Below are positions 43,437 through 53,939 of a DNA stretch of 64,000 nt, one piece after another. The translations under genes were made by a program, and so were the position numbers. Every line of letters begins with the position of its first letter. Positions within the stretch are counted from its first letter, which is position 1. Under the pieces are notes generated by a model. The model had not been told where the DNA came from and made no database searches. It worked only from the letters and a program-made list of their open reading frames with translations. The DNA is from a virus (Duplodnaviria > Heunggongvirae > Uroviricota > Caudoviricetes), in IMG/VR virus record IMGVR_UViG_3300037391_000121; one strand, 5' to 3'.

Positions 43437-43960
43437 TGAAAGCGGCTCAAGCACGATCCAAAGCAGTATCCATCGCACAAAAAGAAGCCGCCGAGAAATC
43501 GGCTGCACTCCAGAAGCGTCGTGCGGCTCTCAAAGAGTCCGTCCCGCGTCTTCGCGCTGAACGCATCAAGCAGATTGAGGCTAAGTTCCGCGAGCGCATC
43601 GAGTATGCCGTGGAAGATGGAAAGAAACAGACAGCGATCACCCTGTCCTCTGACGGCCACGACCGCCTGCGTGGGGAATACAAGTACCTTCCCATGAAAG
43701 TCTCCGGCAGGAATTATCGCACAGGAGAAGTTGAACGCAGCAATTACCATGCATGGGGTGAAGGCTATCTCAAGTACGCCGCATGGGGCAAGTACGTCAA
43801 GCTGGTGTTGACGAAGCTCCGTCGTGACGGGTACAAATGCGTGGTAACGGGTGAGAACACAATGCACGACGATTCCGCCGCCTACCTGAACAGTGGAGGC
43901 GAGTGCGGCTCCGAGGAGACGTACTACACACGTGACACAATTCTGACGATCAAGTGGTGA
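43436..43960 (+). CDS. hypothetical protein
   Basis: GGAGGCGGTA then ATG. Confidence 0.45.
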   Translation: MKAAQARSKAVSIAQKEAAEKSAALQKRRAALKESVPRLRAERIKQIEAKFRERIEYAVEDGKKQTAITLSSDGHDRLRGEYKYLPMKVSGRNYRTGEVERSNYHAWGEGYLKYAAWGKYVKLVLTKLRRDGYKCVVTGENTMHDDSAAYLNSGGECGSEETYYTRDTILTIKW

Positions 43961-43963
43961 AAC

Positions 43964-44386
43964 ATGAAAGCCAAAGAAGCTAAACTCGCTGCCCAGAAAA
44001 AGGCCGAAGAACTCAAGCAGAAACGCGAAGAGGCCGAGCGCAAGAAGAACGAAGACGCAGCCAAGAAGTGGCGCGAGGAACGAGCCAACTGGTACACGAA
44101 TCACATATCGTGGATCGAAGAGTCCATCGCAGAAGCGGTTAACAAGGGGAAGGATAAGACCAACGTCTGGCTATCGTCCTCCGAGAAACCTGAGAACGCG
44201 ACGGAGCAAGCCTTCTGGGGAAGATTCGCTTTCAAGCCAGAGTTGAAGAAGGTCATTGCTCATTTCGAGGATTTGGGCTACCAAATTAAGTTCCGCGTCA
44301 AGACAGAGGAACACGTTGATCTTTCCGACCTGAGCCCTCGCGACAACTGGTTTACCTACGAGACCCTCTTGGATATAAGCTGGTGA
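43964..44386 (+). CDS. hypothetical protein with KE-rich N-terminal coil
   Basis: ORF. Confidence 0.4.
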   Translation: MKAKEAKLAAQKKAEELKQKREEAERKKNEDAAKKWREERANWYTNHISWIEESIAEAVNKGKDKTNVWLSSSEKPENATEQAFWGRFAFKPELKKVIAHFEDLGYQIKFRVKTEEHVDLSDLSPRDNWFTYETLLDISW

Positions 44387-44772
44387 AGACCCTCCTCGAA
44401 GAGCAAGTCGGTATCTACCTGTCCGAGAAACGGCATCTGCTCAGCGTGAAGATCAACCCCGTCCGCGTTGACTGCGTATCATGTTTGGAATCCTGCTATC
44501 GTTCCGAGTTCAAAACCAATTTGGATTTCTCCGCAGCGGCCAAAGCCTTCAATGACAAGCACGGCTATCTAGAACGCAAAATTGCCGAAAATATTGACGA
44601 AATTGTGGGCGTGTACCTCACTGCAAAGGGCCTCTTTTATACGCTAGAGACTCCGTTCGTTTTCGAGCCGCCCGTTATTGACGTTTCCTACCCGTTCGAC
44701 GTATCTGGCGAGTGGATCGGCGATTCTTTTCACCCCACAGGCTGCACCTGCCCCACCCACGTGAAAAACTAA
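44383..44772 (+). CDS. hypothetical protein, 129 aa
   Basis: GTGA-type overlap. Confidence 0.4.
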   Translation: MKTLLEEQVGIYLSEKRHLLSVKINPVRVDCVSCLESCYRSEFKTNLDFSAAAKAFNDKHGYLERKIAENIDEIVGVYLTAKGLFYTLETPFVFEPPVIDVSYPFDVSGEWIGDSFHPTGCTCPTHVKN

Positions 44773-44790
44773 TTTTCCGTTTTCTTAGGC

Positions 44791-45102
44791 ATGTACGAAC
44801 TTTTTGTTTTCCCGACTGAGGTCGAACATCAGGGTACTAAACAGTTGGTTCACTGCGACTTTCCGCTGGCTGAACTTTCGGACATGCCTGACCCCGCCGA
44901 CCTTGATATTTTCATGGGGTTTCGCCTCGACATCGAACGGGGACTGTTCATCCGCTGGGCTTTAGACACCACCTTGGGCGGCAATCGAGTGGTTCACTAC
45001 TGCTACAACCTGTCCATTGCCCTGACTGAAATTCCCATGCCTCGTAGGTTGGTTCGGGAGCTTCAGAAGCAGCCCGATTTGCTGGATTCCCTGTCCCGCT
45101 AA
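44791..45102 (+). CDS. hypothetical protein, 103 aa
   Basis: ORF; followed by hairpin GGGGTT-TTCG-AACCCC. Confidence 0.4.
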   Translation: MYELFVFPTEVEHQGTKQLVHCDFPLAELSDMPDPADLDIFMGFRLDIERGLFIRWALDTTLGGNRVVHYCYNLSIALTEIPMPRRLVRELQKQPDLLDSLSR

Positions 45103-45198
45103 GAAATTTCCCAACTATCAGTATTACTCTACAGTGGGGTTTTCGAACCCCTAGTGCAGTTAAATCCAAATGAAGTACCAGTACAGTGAGGTAGTCGC

Positions 45199-46143
45199 AT
45201 GACCGCAACTCTGCAAGCCGAAGTATCCAAACTCGCCCCTAAACTCTCGGGCAATCTCAAAGTCAACCAGAAAAAGCAAGCCGTCAACAACTTGGTCGCA
45301 ACCTTGTTCAACACCGTTCGCATGAGCGATTGGGAGTTTGACCACGCCGAAGTTGCCTACAAGTTCCCCCTTAACAAGAAGTTAGCCCTGTGGCTGACCA
45401 CGACATCCGTCGAAGTCCGCAAGGGCATCCGCAAGTTCCCTATCGGGAACGGCAAGGACGCCGCTCGTCTCTTCACCAACATCCAACATGCTCAAGCCGT
45501 GATTGCCAAGTCGGTCGCCGAGCAGGACAAACAGGTGACGGCCTTCATGGAAGCTTTCGACATCGACGCCGAACTCGCTGGTGACGATGTGGTGAGCGCC
45601 AACTCCGAGAAAGTGGACATCAGGATCAAGCCCGCCCCGGCGTCGGTCGCACCTGCCGAAACCTCGGAGGAATCCGAGACCGTTGCGGCCCTACTTGCCG
45701 ATGAGGACAAAGAAGATGTCCTGTCCAAAATCGCCACTGCCGAGACCGCTCTTAAGGCGTTGCAGGCCGAAGTTGACGAGGATGATCCAACCGAAAGCGA
45801 TATTTTCGCCGATGTTCTGGGTTGCTCCGAAGCCAAAGCCGCCAACGACGCGAAAGTCTACGGTGATGCAGGAACTTCCGTTGTGGATGCTTTTGCCCCG
45901 GAAGAGCCCAAAGGCTGTTTACCGCAAGGCTGGGGAGCCCGAGCCCTTGATATCCGTCGTGCTGACATCAACCGCCAACGTGAATCCCTCAAATCCCTGC
46001 AAGGTCGGGTATTAGGTATTGTGGACGCTTCCTTTTCCGATAAGGAACAGCGTGCCGCCGTCAAAACCCTCATCAACAAGGAATTCCGCCGTGAGATGGA
46101 CAAGTTCGGCGGGACGAATGGGGTGGTGTCTGATGAAAACTAA
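45199..46143 (+). CDS. hypothetical protein with acidic central region, 314 aa
   Basis: Long ORF. Confidence 0.45.
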   Translation: MTATLQAEVSKLAPKLSGNLKVNQKKQAVNNLVATLFNTVRMSDWEFDHAEVAYKFPLNKKLALWLTTTSVEVRKGIRKFPIGNGKDAARLFTNIQHAQAVIAKSVAEQDKQVTAFMEAFDIDAELAGDDVVSANSEKVDIRIKPAPASVAPAETSEESETVAALLADEDKEDVLSKIATAETALKALQAEVDEDDPTESDIFADVLGCSEAKAANDAKVYGDAGTSVVDAFAPEEPKGCLPQGWGARALDIRRADINRQRESLKSLQGRVLGIVDASFSDKEQRAAVKTLINKEFRREMDKFGGTNGVVSDEN

Positions 46144-46330
46144 TAGGATCAGCGAGATCGTTCAGCTTGTTCGCAACGAGGACGGCACTATGGATATTCT
46201 CTTCGGTGAGGATTCCAAAGCCCGTTCCGCAACCCTGACTACCGACTACGGGGCAACAATCAAATTGAAACGGCCCCGCTGTTCGTACCAGATTAGCGAC
46301 AGGATAGTCAACATCTCCATACGTGCTTAA
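46133..46330 (+). CDS. hypothetical protein
   Basis: Internal Met of ORF 46019 overlapping the upstream stop. Confidence 0.35.
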   Translation: MKTNRISEIVQLVRNEDGTMDILFGEDSKARSATLTTDYGATIKLKRPRCSYQISDRIVNISIRA

Positions 46331-48324
46331 TGAGCGAAGAGCTTGAACAGTGTCCGCTAGTCACTCCGTACACCACCAGTACAGGGTTGTCTCCCGCCAT
46401 GCTGGAAAAGCTCTACCTCCTTCGCCATTGGGATGTCGAAGTACAAGGGCCTGTGCCGTTCAAATGGCCTGATCTCCTGCGTCGAAACATATTCGACCTG
46501 AGCCGTCAGGCGGATTCCGAGCCTCTGATACTCCGCGAGTACCAGAAAGTCATGACACACCATCTCTGCCGTATGCCCCGCTTTATCTGCGGGGATGCGG
46601 TGGGGCTGGGCAAGACCCTCGACGCCATCGCCGCCGCCTGCTGGCTTAAAGAACGATTCGACAATGCCAAGGTTGTAGTCGTCACCACCAAATCCACCAC
46701 CTATCAATGGGAAGAAGAGGTCATGCGCTACAGCCGCCTGCGCCCGTATGTGATGCGGGACTCCTACAGAGGGCATACTTCATCCAACGCTCGCTACTCC
46801 CAGATGATGCAATTCCTTGAGGGGCAGAAGAAAGATGTCATGATCGCCAAGTATGCGTCGATGATTGGTATCCGCAGAGAGATTGAGGAGGAATTCGACG
46901 CGGACGGCTACCCCACGGCGGGGGATAAAAAAGAGCATCTCTCCGAGGAGGTACGCACTTTCTCACGAATCTTCAAAGAGCATCGCGACAACATCATACT
47001 GGTCTTCGATGAATGCCACAAGTTCAAGACCATGCACTCTTCGACCCGAAATCTCGTCTTCAACTTGAGCAAGTACGCAGGCCGCGTCTGGGCTCTGACC
47101 GCCACGGTCATCAAGAACGGTCTGGAGGAGTTCTATAGCATCGCCTCAGGCATCAGGGTTGAGCCTGTGGGTATGATCGGGGACTTCAGGGAAGAGTTCT
47201 GCGTCTACCACGAGCAGTGGACTGGGCGGGGCGGCAATAAGAAGATTCTCGACGGCTACAAGAACGTGCCTGAATTCAAAAAACAGATACGCCCATTCTT
47301 CCTCGGGCGCTCCCAGAAGCAGGTCGGCGAGCCTATGCCCGAACTGACAACTATTTATCACCCGATTGAACTGGACGCCCGCCAGACGCAAATCCTGACC
47401 GACGAACTGCCCAATGGGACGATAGTATTGCCGCCGTCTATTATCAAGGTCGCCGGGGAGATTTACGAGAAGGAGCGCAATCCCGACAACATCATGACCC
47501 AATTGAGCGTCCAGCAATTGGTCACGAACCACTGGTGTCTGCTGGACAAAACGAACGAGAAGGACTACCACACCAAGACTCTGAGCCCCAAGGAAGAGGC
47601 ATTGCTGGACATGCTGGACGGCGACTACCGAGGTGAGAAGGTTATCGTCTACACCAAGTACAAGACGTGGATTGACCGCCTTGAGTGGCTGACGAAGAAT
47701 AAGCATTTCACGGAACGAAAGTTCCTCCGCATTACGGGCAATGAGAACGAAAAGCAGCGCAATGAGAACAAGAAGCTGTTCCAAGACCCCAATAGTGGCT
47801 ACGACCTGATTGTCATCAACGCTGCTGGGATGGAGGGTATTAACCTACAGCAGGCAGCCCACATGATCCTGCTCGACGCCCCGTGGTCATGGGGCGATCT
47901 GATCCAGCTTGTAGGCCGCATGGTTCGTATGGCGAGCCCGCACTCGGCTTGTACTTTGCACGTCATGGTCGCCCGTGGTACAATTGATGAGTACACCATC
48001 GACACTCTCAAAGGCAAGAAGGGTGTCTTCGAGAAGATTCTGGGCGAGTCACACTCCGCAGGTCTTCTGGACGACAAGGACTTCCTCGATCTGGAATCGG
48101 GCATGGAATCGTGCGGCACCGAGGAAGAGTTTAAGGAGCTTCTCAGGGCTCACGTTAAGACTTCTTCGATGCGTTCGTTCCTCATCGGCGACCTGATTAC
48201 CGACGCCAAAGGGAACACTGACTACAAAATGTCGTTCGAGAAGAAAGGCAGCAAGAAGCATCGCCGCACGAAGAAAGATACCACGAAAGACGACGAGGCA
48301 TTAGGATCACGATGGCTGATGTAG
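46330..48324 (+). CDS. Snf2-family (SF2) ATPase/helicase
   Basis: Q motif LREYQK, motif I GDAVGLGKT, motif II VFDECH, motif III LTATV, motif VI LIQLVGRMVRM. Confidence 0.7.
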   Translation: MSEELEQCPLVTPYTTSTGLSPAMLEKLYLLRHWDVEVQGPVPFKWPDLLRRNIFDLSRQADSEPLILREYQKVMTHHLCRMPRFICGDAVGLGKTLDAIAAACWLKERFDNAKVVVVTTKSTTYQWEEEVMRYSRLRPYVMRDSYRGHTSSNARYSQMMQFLEGQKKDVMIAKYASMIGIRREIEEEFDADGYPTAGDKKEHLSEEVRTFSRIFKEHRDNIILVFDECHKFKTMHSSTRNLVFNLSKYAGRVWALTATVIKNGLEEFYSIASGIRVEPVGMIGDFREEFCVYHEQWTGRGGNKKILDGYKNVPEFKKQIRPFFLGRSQKQVGEPMPELTTIYHPIELDARQTQILTDELPNGTIVLPPSIIKVAGEIYEKERNPDNIMTQLSVQQLVTNHWCLLDKTNEKDYHTKTLSPKEEALLDMLDGDYRGEKVIVYTKYKTWIDRLEWLTKNKHFTERKFLRITGNENEKQRNENKKLFQDPNSGYDLIVINAAGMEGINLQQAAHMILLDAPWSWGDLIQLVGRMVRMASPHSACTLHVMVARGTIDEYTIDTLKGKKGVFEKILGESHSAGLLDDKDFLDLESGMESCGTEEEFKELLRAHVKTSSMRSFLIGDLITDAKGNTDYKMSFEKKGSKKHRRTKKDTTKDDEALGSRWLM

Positions 48325-48644
48325 CGCAGGGATTTTGTCAATGTGACGATTGGGAGCCGTGTCCTTGCGGGGACACTGGACCGACCCACTGTATGTATTG
48401 CGTTCAGCCGCTCTCGCGTGAACAGCTTGCTGCGTTCAACTTCGAGGAGTGGGAGCACATCCCACCCCACCCGAGGGGCTTGCCAATCCAAATCTCTTGC
48501 GGGGTGTGCCAGACGACCATAGACAACCCAACGCAGGAGCAGATCGATTTCCATTTCAACGACGAGCACATCGGCATGAATCAGACTCGCCGCTCCGCAC
48601 AATTTTTCCCGAGGGAATATGACACTAGAAAAACTGAAGATTAA
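48312..48644 (+). CDS. Cys-rich protein, 110 aa
   Basis: CQCDDWEPCPCGD..HCMYC. Confidence 0.4.
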   Translation: MADVAQGFCQCDDWEPCPCGDTGPTHCMYCVQPLSREQLAAFNFEEWEHIPPHPRGLPIQISCGVCQTTIDNPTQEQIDFHFNDEHIGMNQTRRSAQFFPREYDTRKTED

Positions 48645-49212
48645 CCTGCGTAACGCGAGTATCCGTGTCCGACAGTTTTTCGGTCATGAGGCCGCGTGCT
48701 GCGGCTATTTCAAGAATCCCGATGGTCGCCTCGTCGATTGCGATGAGTGGTGGGGCTATCAGGATTGCATGTTTCCGGGCTGTGGGCATTACCAGCTTGA
48801 GCACAGCGACGGCACCCCCAACAAGATCATCTACGCCAAAGACAATCCCGAGCTTGTAGGCACCTTGGTCGTCGATCCCGTGGGCTGCTTGAACGCGGGC
48901 TGCGAAGATTGCCCCAAATTCTGGACAAAAGACGACTTGCACAATTTCATGCAACTTCTGGCTCGTGCACGCCATCATGCAACTCACGATATGCATCGTG
49001 ACGGGGAACAATACGACCCAAATGTCAAGCACGTGGACACAAGCGTCAGCGTCGTCGTGCAGGTGACGACCTCGGTAGCCTCCCGCGACCACGACGCCCT
49101 GAATAAGGTTTTTGAACGAGAGGGGAAGATTCGAGACAAGTTCCCAGATGTCTTGTTCAACTTTGACGTGAGGTTTGAACCACAGGAAGTAAAAACCAGT
49201 ATTAGTGAGTGA
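48619..49212 (+). CDS. Cys/His-rich protein, 197 aa
   Basis: AACCGYF..CDEWWGYQDCMFPGCGHY..CLNAGCEDC. Confidence 0.4.
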   Translation: MTLEKLKINLRNASIRVRQFFGHEAACCGYFKNPDGRLVDCDEWWGYQDCMFPGCGHYQLEHSDGTPNKIIYAKDNPELVGTLVVDPVGCLNAGCEDCPKFWTKDDLHNFMQLLARARHHATHDMHRDGEQYDPNVKHVDTSVSVVVQVTTSVASRDHDALNKVFEREGKIRDKFPDVLFNFDVRFEPQEVKTSISE

Positions 49213-49269
49213 TGCCTGTGCCCTGTCAAGGGGAGAGCTAGGCGGTTCCCACAGCCACGAGGCAGGGCT

Positions 49270-49332
49270 GAGGGCGGGGGCGATCCACCTGTTCTTGGGT
49301 TACGGCCAGTCCGTCCGCCCTCGGCGTTTTTA
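49270..49332 (+). terminator. GC-rich stem (GAGGGCGG...CCGCCCTC) followed by GGCGTTTTT; candidate terminator or small structured RNA
   Basis: The 8-bp stem encloses about 37 nt of further GC-rich sequence; a T-run follows. Confidence 0.3.
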
Positions 49333-49368
49333 CCATCAAATTGCCCCGCATTTAGGGTATTAGGAATT

Positions 49369-49674
49369 ATGAGCAAAGCTGGCGTGACAGGCGTGACCGT
49401 TAGCGTAGAGTTCGGTGATACGAGCTACGGGGCAGGCTCAAAGTGTTTCACCAACCTACAAGCCAAGTTCCCTGAACCCACTGAAGAACTGGACGATGTA
49501 GTCGATCAGGGCCTTGATCTGTATTTCGCCGCTTGGAAAACATTGCTCGCAGGTCGCTGGGCGACAGGGGTTATCGACAAGGACACCTTCAGAGACCAGC
49601 TTGCCGCCACGACCGAAAGAATCGATAAGGCTCGTAAGTTTTTGAGAAGGAAGGCAAATGAGCAGCAACAGTAA
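49369..49674 (+). CDS. hypothetical protein, 101 aa
   Basis: ORF after TTAGGAATT. Confidence 0.4.
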   Translation: MSKAGVTGVTVSVEFGDTSYGAGSKCFTNLQAKFPEPTEELDDVVDQGLDLYFAAWKTLLAGRWATGVIDKDTFRDQLAATTERIDKARKFLRRKANEQQQ

Positions 49675-50713
49675 CGATATCCTTTCTGGATTCTCAGCGG
49701 AAACACTGCTGGGGGACGATGCTCATACGATCAAAGAGATCATCGCTCTCCGCGATGATTTGAGGTATTCGTCCCAAGGAAACGAAATCTCGCTAGACGA
49801 CGCCTTCATGCAGTTGCAGCAAGCAGTTGATTCGCTGCCCAGCATTGTGCTGGATATGGACGTTCCCCCGGGGACGGAGAATGAATACCTCATCCGTCTG
49901 TCCACGTCTCAGGAGAAGGTTCTGGACGATTGTGACCGCGTTCTGCGGCGTATTCTGGAGTATCAGTCCAAACTCAAGAATGCCGAACGATCCATCAAGA
50001 AGTATAAATCCGACTTCATGGCGTGGTACATATTGGCTGCGTCCTACGTGGTCATGCAACACAAGGTCAAGTTTCCGCCATCCCAAGTCAAGCAGCTTGC
50101 TGAAGCGGAATTCACCCGCCTGATCGACGATGTGGATGTGCAGGTAGACAACCTGATTAGCTCCGTAGAACACCTGACCGAAGAGGCTCGCCAGCATAAG
50201 AAGATTCAATCCGAGAAGCATGGGCTTGGCAAGGATCAGGCCAACGCAAGCTGGACAAGCCATTTGGGGAACCCTAACGGAATTGCCCCCAACCGTGCGG
50301 ATGACATGGCACAGGAAATCGAAGAGGAAGAGGATGAGGACGAGGTTCCAGCTTTCGTCAGTCGCAGCCCACAGGTCGGGTCTTTAATTGACTCTGGCTA
50401 CGGGGATATGTCGGGGACTGAAGTCGCCGCTCCCAAGATCGTGACCTCGAATCAAGACCTGTTGGATGCGGCGAAGCCCGGTGAGACGGTGATACTTCAG
50501 TTCAAAGACAACGTAGCCCCCACACTGGAAGCCATCAAGGACACCGTAAAGATTACAGGGCCGACCAAGCTTCCACTCGCCACACCCGAGCAGGTAGCGG
50601 ACTTCCTCAACGAAGACGATGCCCCTAAACAGGCCGCTGTGATGGCGGCGGGTGCCTCAACACTGAAATCCCGCAAGCGGCTAATTCTGACGGAAGATGA
50701 GGAGTTGATGTGA
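49658..50713 (+). CDS. hypothetical protein, 351 aa
   Basis: Long ORF with an acidic stretch EIEEEEDEDE. Confidence 0.45.
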   Translation: MSSNSNDILSGFSAETLLGDDAHTIKEIIALRDDLRYSSQGNEISLDDAFMQLQQAVDSLPSIVLDMDVPPGTENEYLIRLSTSQEKVLDDCDRVLRRILEYQSKLKNAERSIKKYKSDFMAWYILAASYVVMQHKVKFPPSQVKQLAEAEFTRLIDDVDVQVDNLISSVEHLTEEARQHKKIQSEKHGLGKDQANASWTSHLGNPNGIAPNRADDMAQEIEEEEDEDEVPAFVSRSPQVGSLIDSGYGDMSGTEVAAPKIVTSNQDLLDAAKPGETVILQFKDNVAPTLEAIKDTVKITGPTKLPLATPEQVADFLNEDDAPKQAAVMAAGASTLKSRKRLILTEDEELM

Positions 50714-50931
50714 ACGAAGAATTGACGATAGAGGAAGAAGTCAAGGAACTGCGGGCGTGGAAAGAATCCGCGATAGTGCAGTTCCGTAAGGCCGAAAAGC
50801 TCTACGAGTACGTTCGACGGCATGGCGATTATCTGGGCTGGGACATGTACGAAGCGGCCCTCGACCTTCTCCAAAAGAATTGTCCGTGTTATGGCTACCC
50901 GAACTGCGGGCATACACACCCAATACCATGA
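50710..50931 (+). CDS. hypothetical protein, 73 aa
   Basis: ORF. Confidence 0.4.
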   Translation: MNEELTIEEEVKELRAWKESAIVQFRKAEKLYEYVRRHGDYLGWDMYEAALDLLQKNCPCYGYPNCGHTHPIP

Positions 50932-51431
50932 GCTTCTGCGGCACACTCGAACATAATCGCGGAGGGGGGTTCCTGACCCTCGCTCTGACTTGCGTCGTGC
51001 TTTATGACCCTCTTCTCAAGATCATGGACGAACGGTATGAGTCCAAGGGCAAGAAGAAGGGGCAGCTTGAAATGTTCCCGCTGACCACCAAGCAACGGAA
51101 AGAATACGCGACCCTCGTGAAGACCCTGCGTTATTTCCTCGAATCGTATCGGCGGGAGAGACTCAAGACCCTACCGAAACGAAAAGACCCGTGGAGCTTC
51201 CTCGACGAGACCCGCGACTTGGAGTTCTGCGACTACGAATTCTACGAGTTCTGGTACGGCTTCATCAAAGGTTTCAAAAATGACTTGGAGTTCGAGAAGG
51301 AAGTTGATACACTGGATCAGATAGCTGGGGGCGAGCCGATCAAAGACTACGAGCCCGCCATCAAGTTCCTGTCCAAACTGAACAGTGTGGCTCTGGGACG
51401 ACACAACAGCTATCGCAGGGGATGCTTCTAA
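50928..51431 (+). CDS. hypothetical protein
   Basis: Internal Met (MSFCG) overlapping the upstream stop. Confidence 0.4.
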   Translation: MSFCGTLEHNRGGGFLTLALTCVVLYDPLLKIMDERYESKGKKKGQLEMFPLTTKQRKEYATLVKTLRYFLESYRRERLKTLPKRKDPWSFLDETRDLEFCDYEFYEFWYGFIKGFKNDLEFEKEVDTLDQIAGGEPIKDYEPAIKFLSKLNSVALGRHNSYRRGCF

Positions 51432-52210
51432 TGGGTGGAAAGCCTGAGTGGGAAGCTGTGGACTTCGGTAGTCCGCAGTACATGGCGTACCTGCGGCGTA
51501 AGGAATTGGAACTCGTCTCTCAAGATGGCACCTACCTCAAGCTCAACGAACTGCTTGAGGTTATCCCCAACTCCGAAGCACTGCGAAATATCGTGACCGA
51601 GAACTACGAGCGTATTATGATCGCTCCGGGTTCCAGCAAAAATCATCAAGCGTGGGAGGGCGGCTACATCGACCACGTGACTGAGACCATGAATATCGCC
51701 TGCCAGTTGTACTGGACGTTTGAACGGCTCAAGAGAGACCTACCCTTTGTGCTTTCCGATCCGTTGGTGGTCATGTTCCTGCACGACCTTGAGAAGCCGT
51801 GGAAGCACCTTCCAGTGTCCAACGAGTGTTTGTGTGGTCATCTCCTCGGCGATCACGACAGGATCAATGCGTGGTCGGATGCCGCGTGCCGTCACTGCAC
51901 TGGCACTGACTGGCTGCACGGCTTGCCAACAGGCCCCACACTCCGCAACTGCAACATGTATCGTGCCTTGGTGTTGAAGACAAAGGAAGATCGCAGAGCT
52001 TTCCGCGACGGAATGATCGAAGAGTACGGCATCCTGCTCAGCGACGACCAGAAGAACGCCCTCAAGTATGTGGAGGGCATTCCCGATTCTGAGTACAAAC
52101 CCGGAGATCGCATCATGGGTGAGCTTGCAGCGTTCTGTCATTGTTGCGACATCCTGAGCGCACGGCTGTGGTACGATTGGGGTAAGGAACATTCGTGGAG
52201 ACGCGATTAG
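51422..52210 (+). CDS. HD-domain protein
   Basis: H..H...FLHDLEKPW pattern; assignment moderate. Confidence 0.4.
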   Translation: MLLMGGKPEWEAVDFGSPQYMAYLRRKELELVSQDGTYLKLNELLEVIPNSEALRNIVTENYERIMIAPGSSKNHQAWEGGYIDHVTETMNIACQLYWTFERLKRDLPFVLSDPLVVMFLHDLEKPWKHLPVSNECLCGHLLGDHDRINAWSDAACRHCTGTDWLHGLPTGPTLRNCNMYRALVLKTKEDRRAFRDGMIEEYGILLSDDQKNALKYVEGIPDSEYKPGDRIMGELAAFCHCCDILSARLWYDWGKEHSWRRD

Positions 52211-52382
52211 CATGTATCTGAACCTGCAACTCGGCAATTTTCACGTTGTTCTTGGCAAATTAGCAGCGCAGGCGGCGAAAGAAAAACCTCTCAGCAGCCG
52301 CATAAACACTAGCGATTCTGAGCCTGAAGAATTTCTTCTTGACGATGAATCCAAACTCCGCTACCGAAGTTATCAATAGAGT

Positions 52383-52853
52383 ATGATCCAAATTGTCATC
52401 GATCCACAGTACAAGGGGCCGACGATTCTAGACTGGGGAACCGCTTCTCGTCATGTCGAAGATGAATTCGTCGAAGTGCGATGGGGTAACACCAAGTCCG
52501 AATTGACCCAGCTAGAACGCCTGTCAAACTGCAATTTTCGACTGTTCGTCCCCGACGCCGCCGCTCAAGAACGTGCCGCCACGTCTCTCGGAGATGACAT
52601 TCAAATAGACCAGACGATCATTCTAAATGCCAAGCTCGCCCTGAACACACGTAAGACATACGATTGGCGCAACTTCCTCACTGGTAAGCCCGTTTCACTT
52701 ACCCGTAGCATCCTGACAAAGATGAGCGCCGATGCTCTTCGCAAAGGCCGACCATCGGCTCTCGCCGATCTCGCAGGCGATTTTGCCTCTGAAAATGGAA
52801 TAAATCCGATAGACGCCGATGTTTTGCTCCGACTCAAAGTATTAAGAGGGTAA
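52383..52853 (+). CDS. hypothetical protein, 156 aa
   Basis: ORF. Confidence 0.4.
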   Translation: MIQIVIDPQYKGPTILDWGTASRHVEDEFVEVRWGNTKSELTQLERLSNCNFRLFVPDAAAQERAATSLGDDIQIDQTIILNAKLALNTRKTYDWRNFLTGKPVSLTRSILTKMSADALRKGRPSALADLAGDFASENGINPIDADVLLRLKVLRG

Positions 52854-52862
52854 GGAGTTTTC

Positions 52863-53399
52863 ATGACCACTACGTTTCTCGTGGACTACACCCTCGCCCG
52901 TGTCAATCATTACCGCTGCGATCAGCCCGCTGGCAAGTGGGGTACTTCAACCTACGTCTGGGTTCCCAAGACCATGACCACCGAGGAATTTGAGGCACTG
53001 TGCGAGAAGGCTCGTAAGACGTACCTCGATGCGGCGGATGCGGCTAAGAAGCTGGTTGGAACTCCCGCGCCGGGTTACGGCCCGCGATATGACGCCTACC
53101 CCGACAAGACGGTCGCCGAGGTTAAGGCGATCCATGCGGCTGAAACCGAAGAGTGGAACAAGCGCAGCGTTGCGGTCAAAGCCGAGCAGCGTACCTTCGC
53201 ACAACTCTTGAAGGATGTCAGCGACGGTGTGGTAAAAGGCTTTTGGGACATTGAATTCCCAATCGACGTGGAAGTTCATTGGGGGCATCACCATGGCACC
53301 GACATTGCCTACGGCGAGACCAAGATTACCAACCCCGCGCCTGCAACGATGACGTTCGGCGGACAAACCGAGGCCGACATGAACGTGGATGACTTATGA
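52863..53399 (+). CDS. hypothetical protein, 178 aa
   Basis: ORF after AGGGTAAGGAG. Confidence 0.45.
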   Translation: MTTTFLVDYTLARVNHYRCDQPAGKWGTSTYVWVPKTMTTEEFEALCEKARKTYLDAADAAKKLVGTPAPGYGPRYDAYPDKTVAEVKAIHAAETEEWNKRSVAVKAEQRTFAQLLKDVSDGVVKGFWDIEFPIDVEVHWGHHHGTDIAYGETKITNPAPATMTFGGQTEADMNVDDL

Positions 53400-53668
53400 G
53401 CAAATTCGATGTCTTCCGAGCTTTGCTCTCTGAACCCCATCTAAGGACGTGCACTATGAAAAAAGCCAAGAAACAGTGGAAGATTACGGGTACGCAAATC
53501 GCTCCCATGCCGTACAACTCGAAGGGTCAGGAGTTGACGTTCTACCTCGAAAAGATGCCCGAGTCTAGCCAGCCGACCGTGTTTATCTCGGCGTATTGCT
53601 CCGACAAGGGAGACGCGGCGTTTATCGAAAAGACCGCCAAGGACATCGAGCGGTTGCTGAATGTTTGA
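53396..53668 (+). CDS. hypothetical protein, 90 aa
   Basis: ATGA overlap. Confidence 0.4.
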   Translation: MSKFDVFRALLSEPHLRTCTMKKAKKQWKITGTQIAPMPYNSKGQELTFYLEKMPESSQPTVFISAYCSDKGDAAFIEKTAKDIERLLNV

Positions 53669-53939
53669 CGAAGACGAGAGCTTCGAGTTCCCGAGGAAGT
53701 GGTTGGACAAGCGGCAGTATGCGAGAATGGACTCGACGACGGGGTTACCTCAGCTTATCCGTGTAGAGCCGCACATCATTCCGACGACGGGCGAATTTAT
53801 ACCCCATGTAGTCGATATCATCGTTGATGATGGCCCAGTCATGACAATGGATCGCGATGCGGCGGAATCGTACCTCGAAGACACGGGCTGCGTGCCGATG
53901 GGTGTCTTCGCGAAACACAAGCAGGGGAAGATCAACTGA
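53661..53939 (+). CDS. hypothetical protein, 92 aa
   Basis: Overlap. Confidence 0.4.
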   Translation: MFDEDESFEFPRKWLDKRQYARMDSTTGLPQLIRVEPHIIPTTGEFIPHVVDIIVDDGPVMTMDRDAAESYLEDTGCVPMGVFAKHKQGKIN

